Source of the DNA: a virus | Taxonomy: Duplodnaviria > Caudoviricetes | Direction: 5' to 3' (one strand) | Length of the DNA stretch: 63,031 nt | IMG/VR virus record: IMGVR_UViG_3300031695_000005 | Span: 1-63,031 of that record | Shown: one piece after another, positions 54,219-63,031 of the stretch | How the letters are laid out: each line of letters opens with the position of its first letter | How positions within the stretch are numbered: position 1 is the stretch's first letter | The notes under the pieces: model-generated | The model's input: only the letters and a program-made list of their open reading frames with translations | Database searches by the model: none | Told to the model about the DNA's origin: nothing | Position numbers and translations under genes: made by a program

Positions 54219-55296
54219 AGTTAGGAGATAAGGTTCTTTTATATAATTCTTGTACTGATACTTTTAGTCTTTCTTTTAAATCATTATCATAATCTAAAGA
54301 ATTAATATGCTCTGCTGCTATATTCATTAAATTTAACTCTCCATTAAAATCTGACATTTCGCCATCTTCTCTATCATAAGGATTCTCTTCATCATAAATT
54401 CTTGGTTCTAATTTTCTAGCTAAACCATCTAAATAATCCATAAACATATTAATATTATACTTACCTAATACATTTGATGGTATAAAAATATCAACAAAGT
54501 TATTTTTAATTTCATTTTCAATTTCTTCCATTCTCATTTCCAAAATTTCATTAATATAATATCTAATAAAAACAGGACTTATATGATTCTCAAAAAAGGT
54601 ATGATTACCTGATTCTAAATCTAATAAGTAAATTCCTTTTTGATTATCCCTATCTGATCTTGTCATTTGATATGGATTACCGACTAATACAAAATTTTCT
54701 TTATCTTGTCTATAATGAATATGCCCTGAGTATACTCTCTTAAATCTTTTAAAGATAGTTACTTCATTTCCACTATCATGTAAATGCTTTGTACTTGGAC
54801 TAGTTTGAACACCACGCGTTTCAGTATGACAAAACATATAATCAACATCATCCTTAATATTATCTAAAGTTTCTTGTTCATGTTCATGATTTCTTCTCCA
54901 TGGCATTAATAAACAAGATGCATCTTTATATTTTAAAACTTTAGGTTCTTTTAATACTGTTACATTAGGAAGATATTTAAGACAATCAACAGATGATATT
55001 TCATTTGAATTCTTTCTCATTATATCATGATTACCAACAATGATATGAATATCTGGAAATACCTTTCCTAATTCTTCAAATATTCTGATTGCTAAATCCT
55101 GTGCTGCTAGATTTACACTTTGTCTGTTATCAAATACATCTCCTAAATGATAAAGAACATCACCTTCTTTATATTCCTTTTTAACTAATGGAATAAAGAA
55201 TTTAAAAAAATAATCTTCAATAATCTGGAGCCACAAAACAGAATTTGATCTACAGCCTAAGTGCGAATCGGACACCATCCATATTCTCTTTGCCAT
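54208..55296 (-). CDS. Recombination nuclease (gp47/SbcD/Mre11)
   Basis: SDSHLG, LGDVFD, GNHD and SGHIH. Confidence 0.93.
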   Translation of the reverse strand: MAKRIWMVSDSHLGCRSNSVLWLQIIEDYFFKFFIPLVKKEYKEGDVLYHLGDVFDNRQSVNLAAQDLAIRIFEELGKVFPDIHIIVGNHDIMRKNSNEISSVDCLKYLPNVTVLKEPKVLKYKDASCLLMPWRRNHEHEQETLDNIKDDVDYMFCHTETRGVQTSPSTKHLHDSGNEVTIFKRFKRVYSGHIHYRQDKENFVLVGNPYQMTRSDRDNQKGIYLLDLESGNHTFFENHISPVFIRYYINEILEMRMEEIENEIKNNFVDIFIPSNVLGKYNINMFMDYLDGLARKLEPRIYDEENPYDREDGEMSDFNGELNLMNIAAEHINSLDYDNDLKERLKVSVQELYKRTLSPNYED

Positions 55297-55297
55297 A

Positions 55298-55792
55298 TTA
55301 AAATAATTTTCTGATTTTTCTTTTTTCTAGGATATTGTATTTTTTATCTAATTCATTAATTAATTCATCCTTAAATTTATTTGACAATGAATTATAGAAT
55401 TTATTTGGAAATACATCAAAGTAATCTGAAAGAACACTAAATAAATCTATTCTTGTATATGAAGAACCTGTTTTTTCTATAAGATAAAAGAATACCTTAT
55501 TAATTTGTACTTTGTTTAGTTTTTTAATAACACCATCTGGGGTTGCTTCATTAAGATGTTCAAATTCACTACCTTTAATTAATGCATCAACACGTTCAAA
55601 TAAAGAATCATAATGTTGCTTATCATCAGGATCCATTCCATCTAACCAAGATGCAGAAACTGTAAAGTTTATTTTACCTTGAGATAAATCTTGTTCACCG
55701 TATGTATTATTAAATATTTTATCTTTTTCAACATGGCCTGATTTTTTATCATCCTCACCTTTAGTTAAAACTTTTTTCTTTTTTCCCCACAT
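55298..55792 (-). CDS. Hypothetical protein, possibly a gp33-like late co-activator
   Basis: C-terminal helical pattern ID...LSNKFKDEL loosely resembles gp33. Confidence 0.35.
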   Translation of the reverse strand: MWGKKKKVLTKGEDDKKSGHVEKDKIFNNTYGEQDLSQGKINFTVSASWLDGMDPDDKQHYDSLFERVDALIKGSEFEHLNEATPDGVIKKLNKVQINKVFFYLIEKTGSSYTRIDLFSVLSDYFDVFPNKFYNSLSNKFKDELINELDKKYNILEKRKIRKLF

Positions 55793-55811
55793 ATTGTTTT
55801 ATTTTATTTTA

Positions 55812-57098
55812 TTATGCTGATATATCATCAGTCTCAGTTAATCTCATATGTTCATAATCAATATCAAATCTACATCGAGATCCTTTACCTTGACCGTCTC
55901 TAATTTTTAAAACCTTTAACCAATATTCTCGCTCAGCGTGCATTACAGAATCCTGTATCAATGCATACATTACATCAGCGGTATGCGCAAGACCTGCAGA
56001 TTCTGCAATATTTTCCATTCTTACTTCAGTTGCATCCCATGCACCACGATTAATTTGCGTTGCCGATATAACTAACATATCCCTTTTAACTGCTAATGCT
56101 CTAAGATCTTCTGCTATTTGTTTAATCTTCATATAAGTATTCTCAGTATTAGGATTTCTATAATTTGCAAGAATATTAATATAATCTACAACTAATACAT
56201 TTACTTTATGATCTTGGTTTTCTTCTAAATCTTTTAAGTATGCTTCTATATCTGGTATAGTACCTTGTGATGTTGGATATTCTTTAACAAATAATTTTCC
56301 TGGTGGTAATAAACCTCGAGATACTTTTTCTAATCTTCTTTTCATGTAATCTCTATTACCTGAATTTTTATCATATTCACTCATTGGAATATGTAAAAGA
56401 TTAGATCCTATTCTTTTTAATACTTTTTGAGCTGACATCTCTGCTGTAATGAAAACTACATTATGACCCATCCTTACAAAATTAGCTGCATCGTTTGCTA
56501 ACCATATTGATTTACCAATATTTTGTTCTCCTGCATAAACAATTAATGATTTAGTATCATAACCTCCGCCGGATACTCTGTCAACAAAACTCCACCCTGT
56601 TTCTATTTTCTTTGATGTTCTCTGTACGTGAGATTCAGGATTAAAGAAATCTAAACCTACATCAGTATCAAAATTAATTGAACCATCAGTAGATATCATT
56701 CCTATTGCACGTTGTACTACATCCTCTACGTTTTCTGGAGAAACATCTTGAGTTTTTACATATTCAATTGTTCTTACTAATTGTTTATCAAAATGTTTCC
56801 ACTTAACCCATGCTTCACCAGTTCTTTTTAACCAATCCTGATCATACTCCTTAATATTAATATCATAAACAGAATTTACAATATCACCAGAAATTTCATT
56901 AGGATCATCTTTAACTAAAGCATTCATCTGTTGTTTAGATGGGCTTTCACCAAACTTTAAATAAAAATCTTTTGATAATTTTGCAATTTGATCTAAATCT
57001 CTATTTGCAAAAAAACCATTACTTGTTCCTTTTAAGTAATGTGGTTTTGTTAAAAAATAGTTAAAGAAAATCTTTTCGTGGTCTATGCTTGATTTCAT
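55812..57098 (-). CDS. Replicative DNA helicase (gp41/DnaB-like)
   Basis: GEQNIGKS, ITAEMS, VDYINI, SATQINR and AESAGL. Confidence 0.95.
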   Translation of the reverse strand: MKSSIDHEKIFFNYFLTKPHYLKGTSNGFFANRDLDQIAKLSKDFYLKFGESPSKQQMNALVKDDPNEISGDIVNSVYDINIKEYDQDWLKRTGEAWVKWKHFDKQLVRTIEYVKTQDVSPENVEDVVQRAIGMISTDGSINFDTDVGLDFFNPESHVQRTSKKIETGWSFVDRVSGGGYDTKSLIVYAGEQNIGKSIWLANDAANFVRMGHNVVFITAEMSAQKVLKRIGSNLLHIPMSEYDKNSGNRDYMKRRLEKVSRGLLPPGKLFVKEYPTSQGTIPDIEAYLKDLEENQDHKVNVLVVDYINILANYRNPNTENTYMKIKQIAEDLRALAVKRDMLVISATQINRGAWDATEVRMENIAESAGLAHTADVMYALIQDSVMHAEREYWLKVLKIRDGQGKGSRCRFDIDYEHMRLTETDDISA

Positions 57099-57136
57099 GT
57101 ATTTTTATTTTTATATGCTAAAAAACATAATTAGTT

Positions 57137-57436
57137 TTATTCGTAAGGATTATAAATTACTTCATATGTAGTGTATGCAGAATTTTGTAATGAAATATTA
57201 ACAATCTTATGTTTAAGTAAGGTAGTTAAAATAGTATTACATTGTTCTTTTGTAAGGCTCCATCTTTTTGCCATAGAGATATCTGTAAATTTAATCTCCT
57301 TTGCAACTTTAGCACAGTAATCACGTATTAGTTCAAAAATAACATCTTCGGCATCAGGGTATGAATGCAATGTGGTGTGATTTCCTAATACGTACTTTAC
57401 CTTAAGCTTTGCCGTATTAAGAGTTTTCGGTAACAT
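57137..57436 (-). CDS. Hypothetical protein, possible winged helix
   Basis: 99-aa ORF between uvsX and the helicase. Confidence 0.5.
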   Translation of the reverse strand: MLPKTLNTAKLKVKYVLGNHTTLHSYPDAEDVIFELIRDYCAKVAKEIKFTDISMAKRWSLTKEQCNTILTTLLKHKIVNISLQNSAYTTYEVIYNPYE

Positions 57437-58625
57437 CGTCTACTGTTGTTTCAGTAATTATATCGGATAATTCCTCTTGCTCTAATTCATCACCATAAGT
57501 AAATTTTGCTGCTACTGTTGGTTCTAGTAATTTTAATACATCATCAGTTAAAACTTGAGGTGTATATAATTGATTAAGATCAACTGCATCATTTAAATGT
57601 TTTACACAAATTTTACGTGCGGTTGGTGACGGTTGAAAATATACAGTAATATCTTTACCTTCTTTTTTAAATTTATGGATTCTACATTCTGCTTTACCTG
57701 GATCTGGTAATTTACCAAATGCACCTTCAGTAATAAATCTACCTCTTTCGATACCACAGATATCCCAGCCAATGTATTCTTCTAAACCTACATAAGGATT
57801 CATACCTTTATTAAAAGATATATGAAACTTAATTGGTGTTGGTTTTGCAAAACGATTCTTATTTGGTTTAGCCGTTACAATAATTCCAGTCTGTTCGATA
57901 CCTTCTTTAAGTTTTGCTTTACCTAAGAAAAGAATAATTGATGCTGCATATTCTGGACCAGTTCCACCACCACCTACTTGTCTTGAAAATAGATCTTGTG
58001 TTTGGTATGTATGATTTGTGAATAAGAAAGGTATTTTACATATACCAAATTGAGTCATAATGATTCTAAATGTAGACTTAAGTAATTTAGCTCTTGTCAT
58101 ATCAGCTTTACTACTTCCTGTTTTTGCATCATCGATTTCTTTTTGAGTTGCAAGATTACCTGCAGAATCTAAGACTACCATAATTTTTGGTAATTTTATA
58201 CCTTTTTTCTTTTGTTCGATTAATACATCAGTAATAGCAGTTACTGAACTTCTAAATTCCTGAACAGTATTACATGGTTCATATCGGAATGTTTTAGGAT
58301 CAATTCCAAATTTTTCTACTAATGATTTATCTACAGCATTTTCAGAATCATAAAATACAATACTGTATCCTTGCTTTTGTGCTTGTTTAATTGCATTAAG
58401 AATAAGATAAGTTTTACCAGTACCTGATGGTCCTGCTAATGCAACTGCTCTGTTATTTGGATAACCACCAAATAAAGATCCAGTTAAACATGCATTAAGA
58501 TGAAAATTCCCAGTTGGAATATAATGATCAATTTCTGAAATTGTTGATTTATCTAAAGTTTCTCCGTATTCGGATATCTTTGACATTTCCTTGTTTAAAT
58601 CTGCGAATGAAAATTCTTTTGCCAT
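57417..58625 (-). CDS. uvsX: RecA-like recombinase
   Basis: GPSGTGKT, YDSE, VLDSAGNL, DMTRA, NHTY, GGGTG and KNRF. Confidence 0.93.
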   Translation of the reverse strand: MAKEFSFADLNKEMSKISEYGETLDKSTISEIDHYIPTGNFHLNACLTGSLFGGYPNNRAVALAGPSGTGKTYLILNAIKQAQKQGYSIVFYDSENAVDKSLVEKFGIDPKTFRYEPCNTVQEFRSSVTAITDVLIEQKKKGIKLPKIMVVLDSAGNLATQKEIDDAKTGSSKADMTRAKLLKSTFRIIMTQFGICKIPFLFTNHTYQTQDLFSRQVGGGGTGPEYAASIILFLGKAKLKEGIEQTGIIVTAKPNKNRFAKPTPIKFHISFNKGMNPYVGLEEYIGWDICGIERGRFITEGAFGKLPDPGKAECRIHKFKKEGKDITVYFQPSPTARKICVKHLNDAVDLNQLYTPQVLTDDVLKLLEPTVAAKFTYGDELEQEELSDIITETTVDDVTENS

Positions 58626-58671
58626 ATTAGTTTTTGTTTATTATTATATTGTTTTTTTGCTTTTTGTTTAC

Positions 58672-59796
58672 TTAGAACAAGCTTGTAGTATAAATTAAGT
58701 TTCGATTAAATCCTTTAAATCCCATTGCTGTTACTACACGATTTATTGGATCTAATATTGTTTTTTCAAATTGTCTATCATGATCGATCTGTGGTGCAAA
58801 CTCATAAGGATATTCTCCTGGAGCAAATGCAAATACCTCACATGATTTATCAGTTGAAAAATACATTTTACATTTTTCACCATTTCCTAAAGGTTGATAT
58901 TTACCTTTAGATGTAGAATTATTTAATAAGTAATTATGATAACCTGCAGATCTTACGCCGATTGGACATCTTGATGCAAATTCAAAAGTTTCATAATCAT
59001 TAACAATATACTTTTGATAATTATTTACTTTTCTTGAGAAACATATTTGATCTACATTTGCTAATTTAAATTGCCTTTTAATATCTTTAAGTAATGAGGC
59101 AAAATCTTTCATATCTAATTTTTCAACAGAAAAGATATATGTTAATAAATCTTTTAGTTTTTCTCTAGCAAATATTGGAGTTGACGATTGAATAATTTCA
59201 AATCCTTTAGAACTAATTTTAGATAGATCTTCATAATGAATATCTGGATCTTTCCATACAATATTTTGCATGTACTTTTTCTTTGCTAACCATATTGCAT
59301 TTTTAGCAATACTTTCTAATTCAAAAGATAAAAAGTTTTCAGAATTATTATCGTCTGCATATCTTTGGAGAATCTTTTCTAAATAACCATTTACTCTAAC
59401 TTTATATAACTTTAGAATAAATTCCTTATCATCTCCATCAAAACCTTCTGATTTTGCTATGACTTCATCAAACTTAACATAAACTGAATCTGTATCAATA
59501 TAAATACCTACTGGGTTTTCTATTCTACCGGTTACAGTAATTCCCATTTCTTTATGAGCAGCAAGATCTTTATGCCAATATTGACTGAAGTATCTATTTA
59601 ACAATTCCTCGGTATAAAGAATTGCATCTTTACCTTGTAATGTTATTGTTTCTGCAATGTCTATATTAAAGAAATAGAAATAAGGATTACCAAATGCACC
59701 ATAGATAGAGTTAAGCATTAACTTAACAGCTTGTTCATAATTGTAAAACTTACTAGCTTCTTTGTTTATTTGTTGTAACTCAGTTAGTTCATTCAT
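58672..59796 (-). CDS. Family B DNA polymerase, C-terminal subunit only (split gp43)
   Basis: Begins just before motif B KLMLNSIYG; has YIDTDS, KKKY and KGFE; lacks the exonuclease domain and motif A. Confidence 0.9.
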   Translation of the reverse strand: MNELTELQQINKEASKFYNYEQAVKLMLNSIYGAFGNPYFYFFNIDIAETITLQGKDAILYTEELLNRYFSQYWHKDLAAHKEMGITVTGRIENPVGIYIDTDSVYVKFDEVIAKSEGFDGDDKEFILKLYKVRVNGYLEKILQRYADDNNSENFLSFELESIAKNAIWLAKKKYMQNIVWKDPDIHYEDLSKISSKGFEIIQSSTPIFAREKLKDLLTYIFSVEKLDMKDFASLLKDIKRQFKLANVDQICFSRKVNNYQKYIVNDYETFEFASRCPIGVRSAGYHNYLLNNSTSKGKYQPLGNGEKCKMYFSTDKSCEVFAFAPGEYPYEFAPQIDHDRQFEKTILDPINRVVTAMGFKGFNRNLIYTTSLF

Positions 59797-60047
59797 TATA
59801 CTAAGTTCAGAAGTTCTAGTGAAATAACTGAATATTCTTCATCAATTACTAAATTACTCATTTCACCAAAGACAAGAACTGTTTTTGAAGTATCGAATAA
59901 ACCTGTAACAGGATTAAAATATTCAACTGCAAATTGAACTAAAGATTGTTGATATGTAACAGTAGTTGCTATAAATTCTATAGTTTCTGTTCCGTTCTTG
60001 GTTATTACATTTGGCTTTAAGCCAGGTTTTGAGATAAATGTTGCCAT
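59796..60047 (-). CDS. Hypothetical protein
   Basis: 83-aa ORF coupled to the PolB subunit gene by a TAATG overlap. Confidence 0.55.
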   Translation of the reverse strand: MATFISKPGLKPNVITKNGTETIEFIATTVTYQQSLVQFAVEYFNPVTGLFDTSKTVLVFGEMSNLVIDEEYSVISLELLNLV

Positions 60048-60093
60048 GAGTTATAGTTTATTTTTATATAGCTAAAAAGATAAAAAGTTTAAG

Positions 60094-60124
60094 AAAAAAG
60101 GCGCCTCGATTAAGAAGCGCCTTT
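60094..60124 (-). terminator. Intrinsic terminator after the clamp gene
   Basis: AAAGGCGC...GCGCCTTT stem with a T-tract on the minus strand. Confidence 0.75.
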
Positions 60125-60147
60125 GTTTTAATTAAGGATGGTGTTGA

Positions 60148-60897
60148 TTAATCCTCGTCAGTAATTGCAACAGCAACAGTTAAGTGAGTATTTGTATCTA
60201 AAGATCTAAACACAACTTTATTACTACAAACTACAACCTTATAATTTTCTTTATCTAAAAGATTAATATATTTTTTGTAGATTACAACTTTTTCTCCTAC
60301 TGCGTTGTCTCCTTCGTATGAATGCGCTAAAGTAGCATCATATGATGGTCCTTGTACAGCAACACCTTTATCGGTTACAGCTAATGTAAATGTATCTTCA
60401 TCTCTTTCTAGATTAAATAAAGATTTCATTTTATCAACATGAGTTGTAAGGAGGTCAAATTGAAATATACTTCCTTCAACACTAAATGCACGATCTGTTT
60501 CATCTTTACTCATTTCCATAAAAGATAAAGATGGATCTGCACATGCTAAATTGATCTTAAGATCAGAATTCTCAATAGTAAAATCACTTGCCATTAATTC
60601 TCCATCAATCTCAGAATATTTAATCTTTCCTTGAATATCACCATTGAAATGAGATAATGCATCTATAACTTTTGTACCATTGTAAAAACTTACCTTTACT
60701 GAATCTGTAATATCTGTATCAAAAATATCAGATGTTGGTGTTGATACAAGTTTTACTGCGTCCCTCTCAGGAAAGTATACAGATGAAACCGTTCCTTCTT
60801 GACCAATCTTCATAAATATGAATTTATCAATTGGTAAGAGTTTTTTGACGAAGGTACTTAATTCGTAACCATCGATCTTTTTAATTTTTGCTTCCAT
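60148..60897 (-). CDS. Putative sliding clamp (gp45-like)
   Basis: 249-aa acidic two-domain alpha/beta protein with ADPS linker, next to the polymerase. Confidence 0.65.
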   Translation of the reverse strand: MEAKIKKIDGYELSTFVKKLLPIDKFIFMKIGQEGTVSSVYFPERDAVKLVSTPTSDIFDTDITDSVKVSFYNGTKVIDALSHFNGDIQGKIKYSEIDGELMASDFTIENSDLKINLACADPSLSFMEMSKDETDRAFSVEGSIFQFDLLTTHVDKMKSLFNLERDEDTFTLAVTDKGVAVQGPSYDATLAHSYEGDNAVGEKVVIYKKYINLLDKENYKVVVCSNKVVFRSLDTNTHLTVAVAITDED

Positions 60898-60944
60898 TAA
60901 TTTTTGTATTTGTTTATTATTATATGTAAAAATTTAATTTAGTT

Positions 60945-62216
60945 TTAAAAAGTACCATTAACTTTATACTTTTTCTTTGGTGTTGCGCCAAGTTCTTCAG
61001 TTACTAATATTTTATGAGTGGTATTATCTTGCTTCATGAATTTAAAGTTTGTCATTTTAGCATTACCTTCACAAAACTTCTTAACCTCAACCGCCATATC
61101 CATTGCAGTAGTTGCTGGTACGTTTTGAGCAATATGATTAACTTGCCTTGCATTTTTAATACCAAAGTCTAATGGTAATCCCATAAGATGTAACATTTCT
61201 CTAATATTTAAGTACCTATTTTCTGTTGGGTGTACACCATTAAACATATTTCTACCAATAAGAGCTGAAAAACTTTCATCAAAGAAGTGTGGAGATGCAT
61301 CCCAATAACCCATCCCTTGGCCTGTTTTAAATTTTTGATGTTCTAACATATCACCAAAAGATTTTGTTGATTTTTTATTAGAAAAACCTTGCTTATGATA
61401 TTTCTTATCTAACCACTGTATGCATTCATCCAATAATTCATTCTTTTCTAAATATTGCGCAATTGTACCTTTACCAAATTTCTTAGCAAAGTCAGCATGA
61501 TTTAATCCTTCTTTTTCTAAAACAAATTCATAAGGTTTATAATGATCGGTTACTTTACCTTCAACCATAAACATATCTTGTAAGGTTGCATCTTCTGGTA
61601 CTTCAGCAAGATAATCTATAAGATGTTTCTTTTCTCTAAACTTCCATCCTAGCATAGGTACTGTTGGGGTATTCCAAAAGAAATAAAATGTTCTTATTCT
61701 TCTTTGTGGTATTCCATGCAATTCCGTATTAGTTTTAATTAAAGAAAAACTATAACCATATTTTTCACCGATGGCTTTAAGATTATTAACTACACCTTCT
61801 CCCATTTTAGTAAAAAGCCCTGGAGCATTTTCTCCCCACAATACTTTAGGTTTAACATTCTCTAAAACATATTCTGCTGAATTATACATCCATTGATTTT
61901 GAACTGCATCAGATCCTCTAGATGATGCACTACCACTAGCAGAATTTAATTGTGATAAACCTGCACAAGGGCAAACAGAATTTACAAAATCTACTTGTTC
62001 AAATGTTTTATTAGGAATATCTAATTCTTCATGGTCTATTCTATACATAGGTACGTCAGGCCAATAATCTTCTATATGGCTTTCGTTAGCAGCAAAAGCT
62101 TCATAGCTTAAATGAAATGCTGGTAAATTACCTGTTGCTTTATTACAACCTATTGCACTACCTCCAATTAATGGAATCATAGTACCCCATTTTAATTCTT
62201 CTTTTTCTTTATTCAT
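60945..62216 (-). CDS. C5-cytosine methyltransferase-fold protein with an atypical SAM-binding motif
   Basis: Motif IV CPCAGLS, motif VI GENAP, motif VIII PQRRIRTF, motifs IX/X RE..LMGLP and AQNVP; motif I reads IPLIGG. Confidence 0.8.
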   Translation of the reverse strand: MNKEKEELKWGTMIPLIGGSAIGCNKATGNLPAFHLSYEAFAANESHIEDYWPDVPMYRIDHEELDIPNKTFEQVDFVNSVCPCAGLSQLNSASGSASSRGSDAVQNQWMYNSAEYVLENVKPKVLWGENAPGLFTKMGEGVVNNLKAIGEKYGYSFSLIKTNTELHGIPQRRIRTFYFFWNTPTVPMLGWKFREKKHLIDYLAEVPEDATLQDMFMVEGKVTDHYKPYEFVLEKEGLNHADFAKKFGKGTIAQYLEKNELLDECIQWLDKKYHKQGFSNKKSTKSFGDMLEHQKFKTGQGMGYWDASPHFFDESFSALIGRNMFNGVHPTENRYLNIREMLHLMGLPLDFGIKNARQVNHIAQNVPATTAMDMAVEVKKFCEGNAKMTNFKFMKQDNTTHKILVTEELGATPKKKYKVNGTF

Positions 62217-62221
62217 TAGTT

Positions 62222-63031
62222 TTATATTTTTACTTTTTCAATTTCTAAATCTTCCATAAAGGTAGACGGATTAATATTACCTTCTTTTACTTCATTTTCT
62301 AAATACGTTATAGTTTCTTTTATTGTATCTGTTATATCTTTCTTAGGCTCCCATCCCATTGATTTTGCTTTAGAAATATCTCCATAAGAATTTAATGCTT
62401 CTCCTGCAATTGCATCATAATGATCAAAATCAACCTTTACTCCCATTTCATCTGCAATCATATTTTTAAGATCCATTAAATTAGTCATTTTACCAGTTCC
62501 TAAATTAAATGTTTGATTAGCAGTATCCTCATTTTCCATACATAAGATATGGAATGCATTAACATCCGATACATCAATATAATCTCTAGCTTTCATATAA
62601 TCTCCAAATACAATAGGATTATGCTTACCCATTATTCTTAAAATAAATCCAGCAAATACTGGTGGTATAGTTCTTTCATAATCTTGTAATGGTCCTGCTA
62701 CATTAAAATATCTAAGTGCAGTATAATTTAATCCTTTTGTTCTACTATAAGATTCTGCTAAAAGTGCTAAGCATGCTTTGGTTGTAGAATATATTGTTGT
62801 TGGATCTGATTGATTTTCATTAAAACCACCCCATGTTGGCATTTCACAATTTTCATAAACAGCAGAAGTTTCACTAAAAATAATTCTTTTTACATTTGCC
62901 TTAACACAACCATTCATTATATTTATGCTTCCTAAAATATTATTATCTACGGCTTCATAAACATTTTCATGGCAATCATATATTGATACCAGGCCTGCAA
63001 AATGATAAACATAATCAGGTGCAAAGTTTTT
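62222..63031 (-). CDS. NAD-dependent nucleotide-sugar epimerase/dehydratase (5' end outside the window)
   Basis: Frame open to the window edge (VYHFAGL); YSTTK catalytic motif, LRYFNVAGP, RDYIDVSDV and FNLGTG. Confidence 0.9.
   Translation of the reverse strand, partial: KNFAPDYVYHFAGLVSIYDCHENVYEAVDNNILGSINIMNGCVKANVKRIIFSETSAVYENCEMPTWGGFNENQSDPTTIYSTTKACLALLAESYSRTKGLNYTALRYFNVAGPLQDYERTIPPVFAGFILRIMGKHNPIVFGDYMKARDYIDVSDVNAFHILCMENEDTANQTFNLGTGKMTNLMDLKNMIADEMGVKVDFDHYDAIAGEALNSYGDISKAKSMGWEPKKDITDTIKETITYLENEVKEGNINPSTFMEDLEIEKVKI

Larger units (their letters stand above)
4034..60945 (-). promoter_or_regulatory. Dispersed middle-promoter motif AAAC-N16/17-ATATAA
   Basis: Copies at 4034-4060, 9152-9177, 14573-14599, 15676-15701, 18932-18958, 21420-21446, 39102-39128, 49507-49533, 57111-57137, 58644-58669, 60064-60090 and 60920-60945; GTATAA variant at 36667-36693. 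Confidence 0.8.

Noticed and set aside
30572-59796. Inteins or self-splicing introns in terminase, helicase, UvsX or PolB
   Set aside because: Sizes are near normal, and no intein splice motifs or interrupted frames were seen
1-63031. Genome-wide stop-codon reassignment
   Set aside because: Core genes are full length under the standard bacterial code, and TAA, TGA and TAG all end genes at sensible positions
1-63031. Prophage or cellular origin
   Set aside because: No integrase, att site or host housekeeping synteny; the host-like genes are interspersed with T4-like core genes and share the phage promoter motifs

Overview
A 63 kb segment of a large, AT-rich, T4-like (contractile-tail) phage genome, with almost all genes on the minus strand. 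The host is probably a Bacteroidota/Flavobacteriia member: the tmRNA 5' end, the porin-like OMP and the DnaQ-like gene are Bacteroidota-like, and Shine-Dalgarno sites are largely absent. The window holds the head module (portal, protease-scaffold fusion, major capsid, terminase), the tail module (sheath, tube, tail chaperones, tape measure) and the replication/recombination module (split PolB, clamp, clamp loader, helicase, UvsX, gp46/47, RNase H, topoisomerase II). It also has two phage sigma factors, tRNA-Ala(UGC), tRNA-Gly(ACC), a tmRNA and many accessory genes. The most notable signals are: (1) a late-expressed set of fucosyl-, sialyl/nonulosonyl- and galactosyl-transferase homologues, a candidate virion glycosylation system; (2) a candidate cytosine-hypermodification route (Asp-type dCMP hydroxymethylase, kinases, a C5-methyltransferase fold with a remodelled SAM site, an NDP-sugar epimerase); (3) cargo proteins with T4-like capsid-targeting leaders, including an ATP-grasp ligase, whose leader resembles the scaffold's 14-aa repeat; (4) a three-tier promoter cascade readable from the sequence; (5) a probable +1 frameshift in the tail chaperone; (6) an unannotated 21-aa, 9-Cys metallothionein-like ORF; (7) an A34 glycine tRNA; (8) two apparent pseudo-enzymes. 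All family calls come from motif recognition by eye; no database searches were run.
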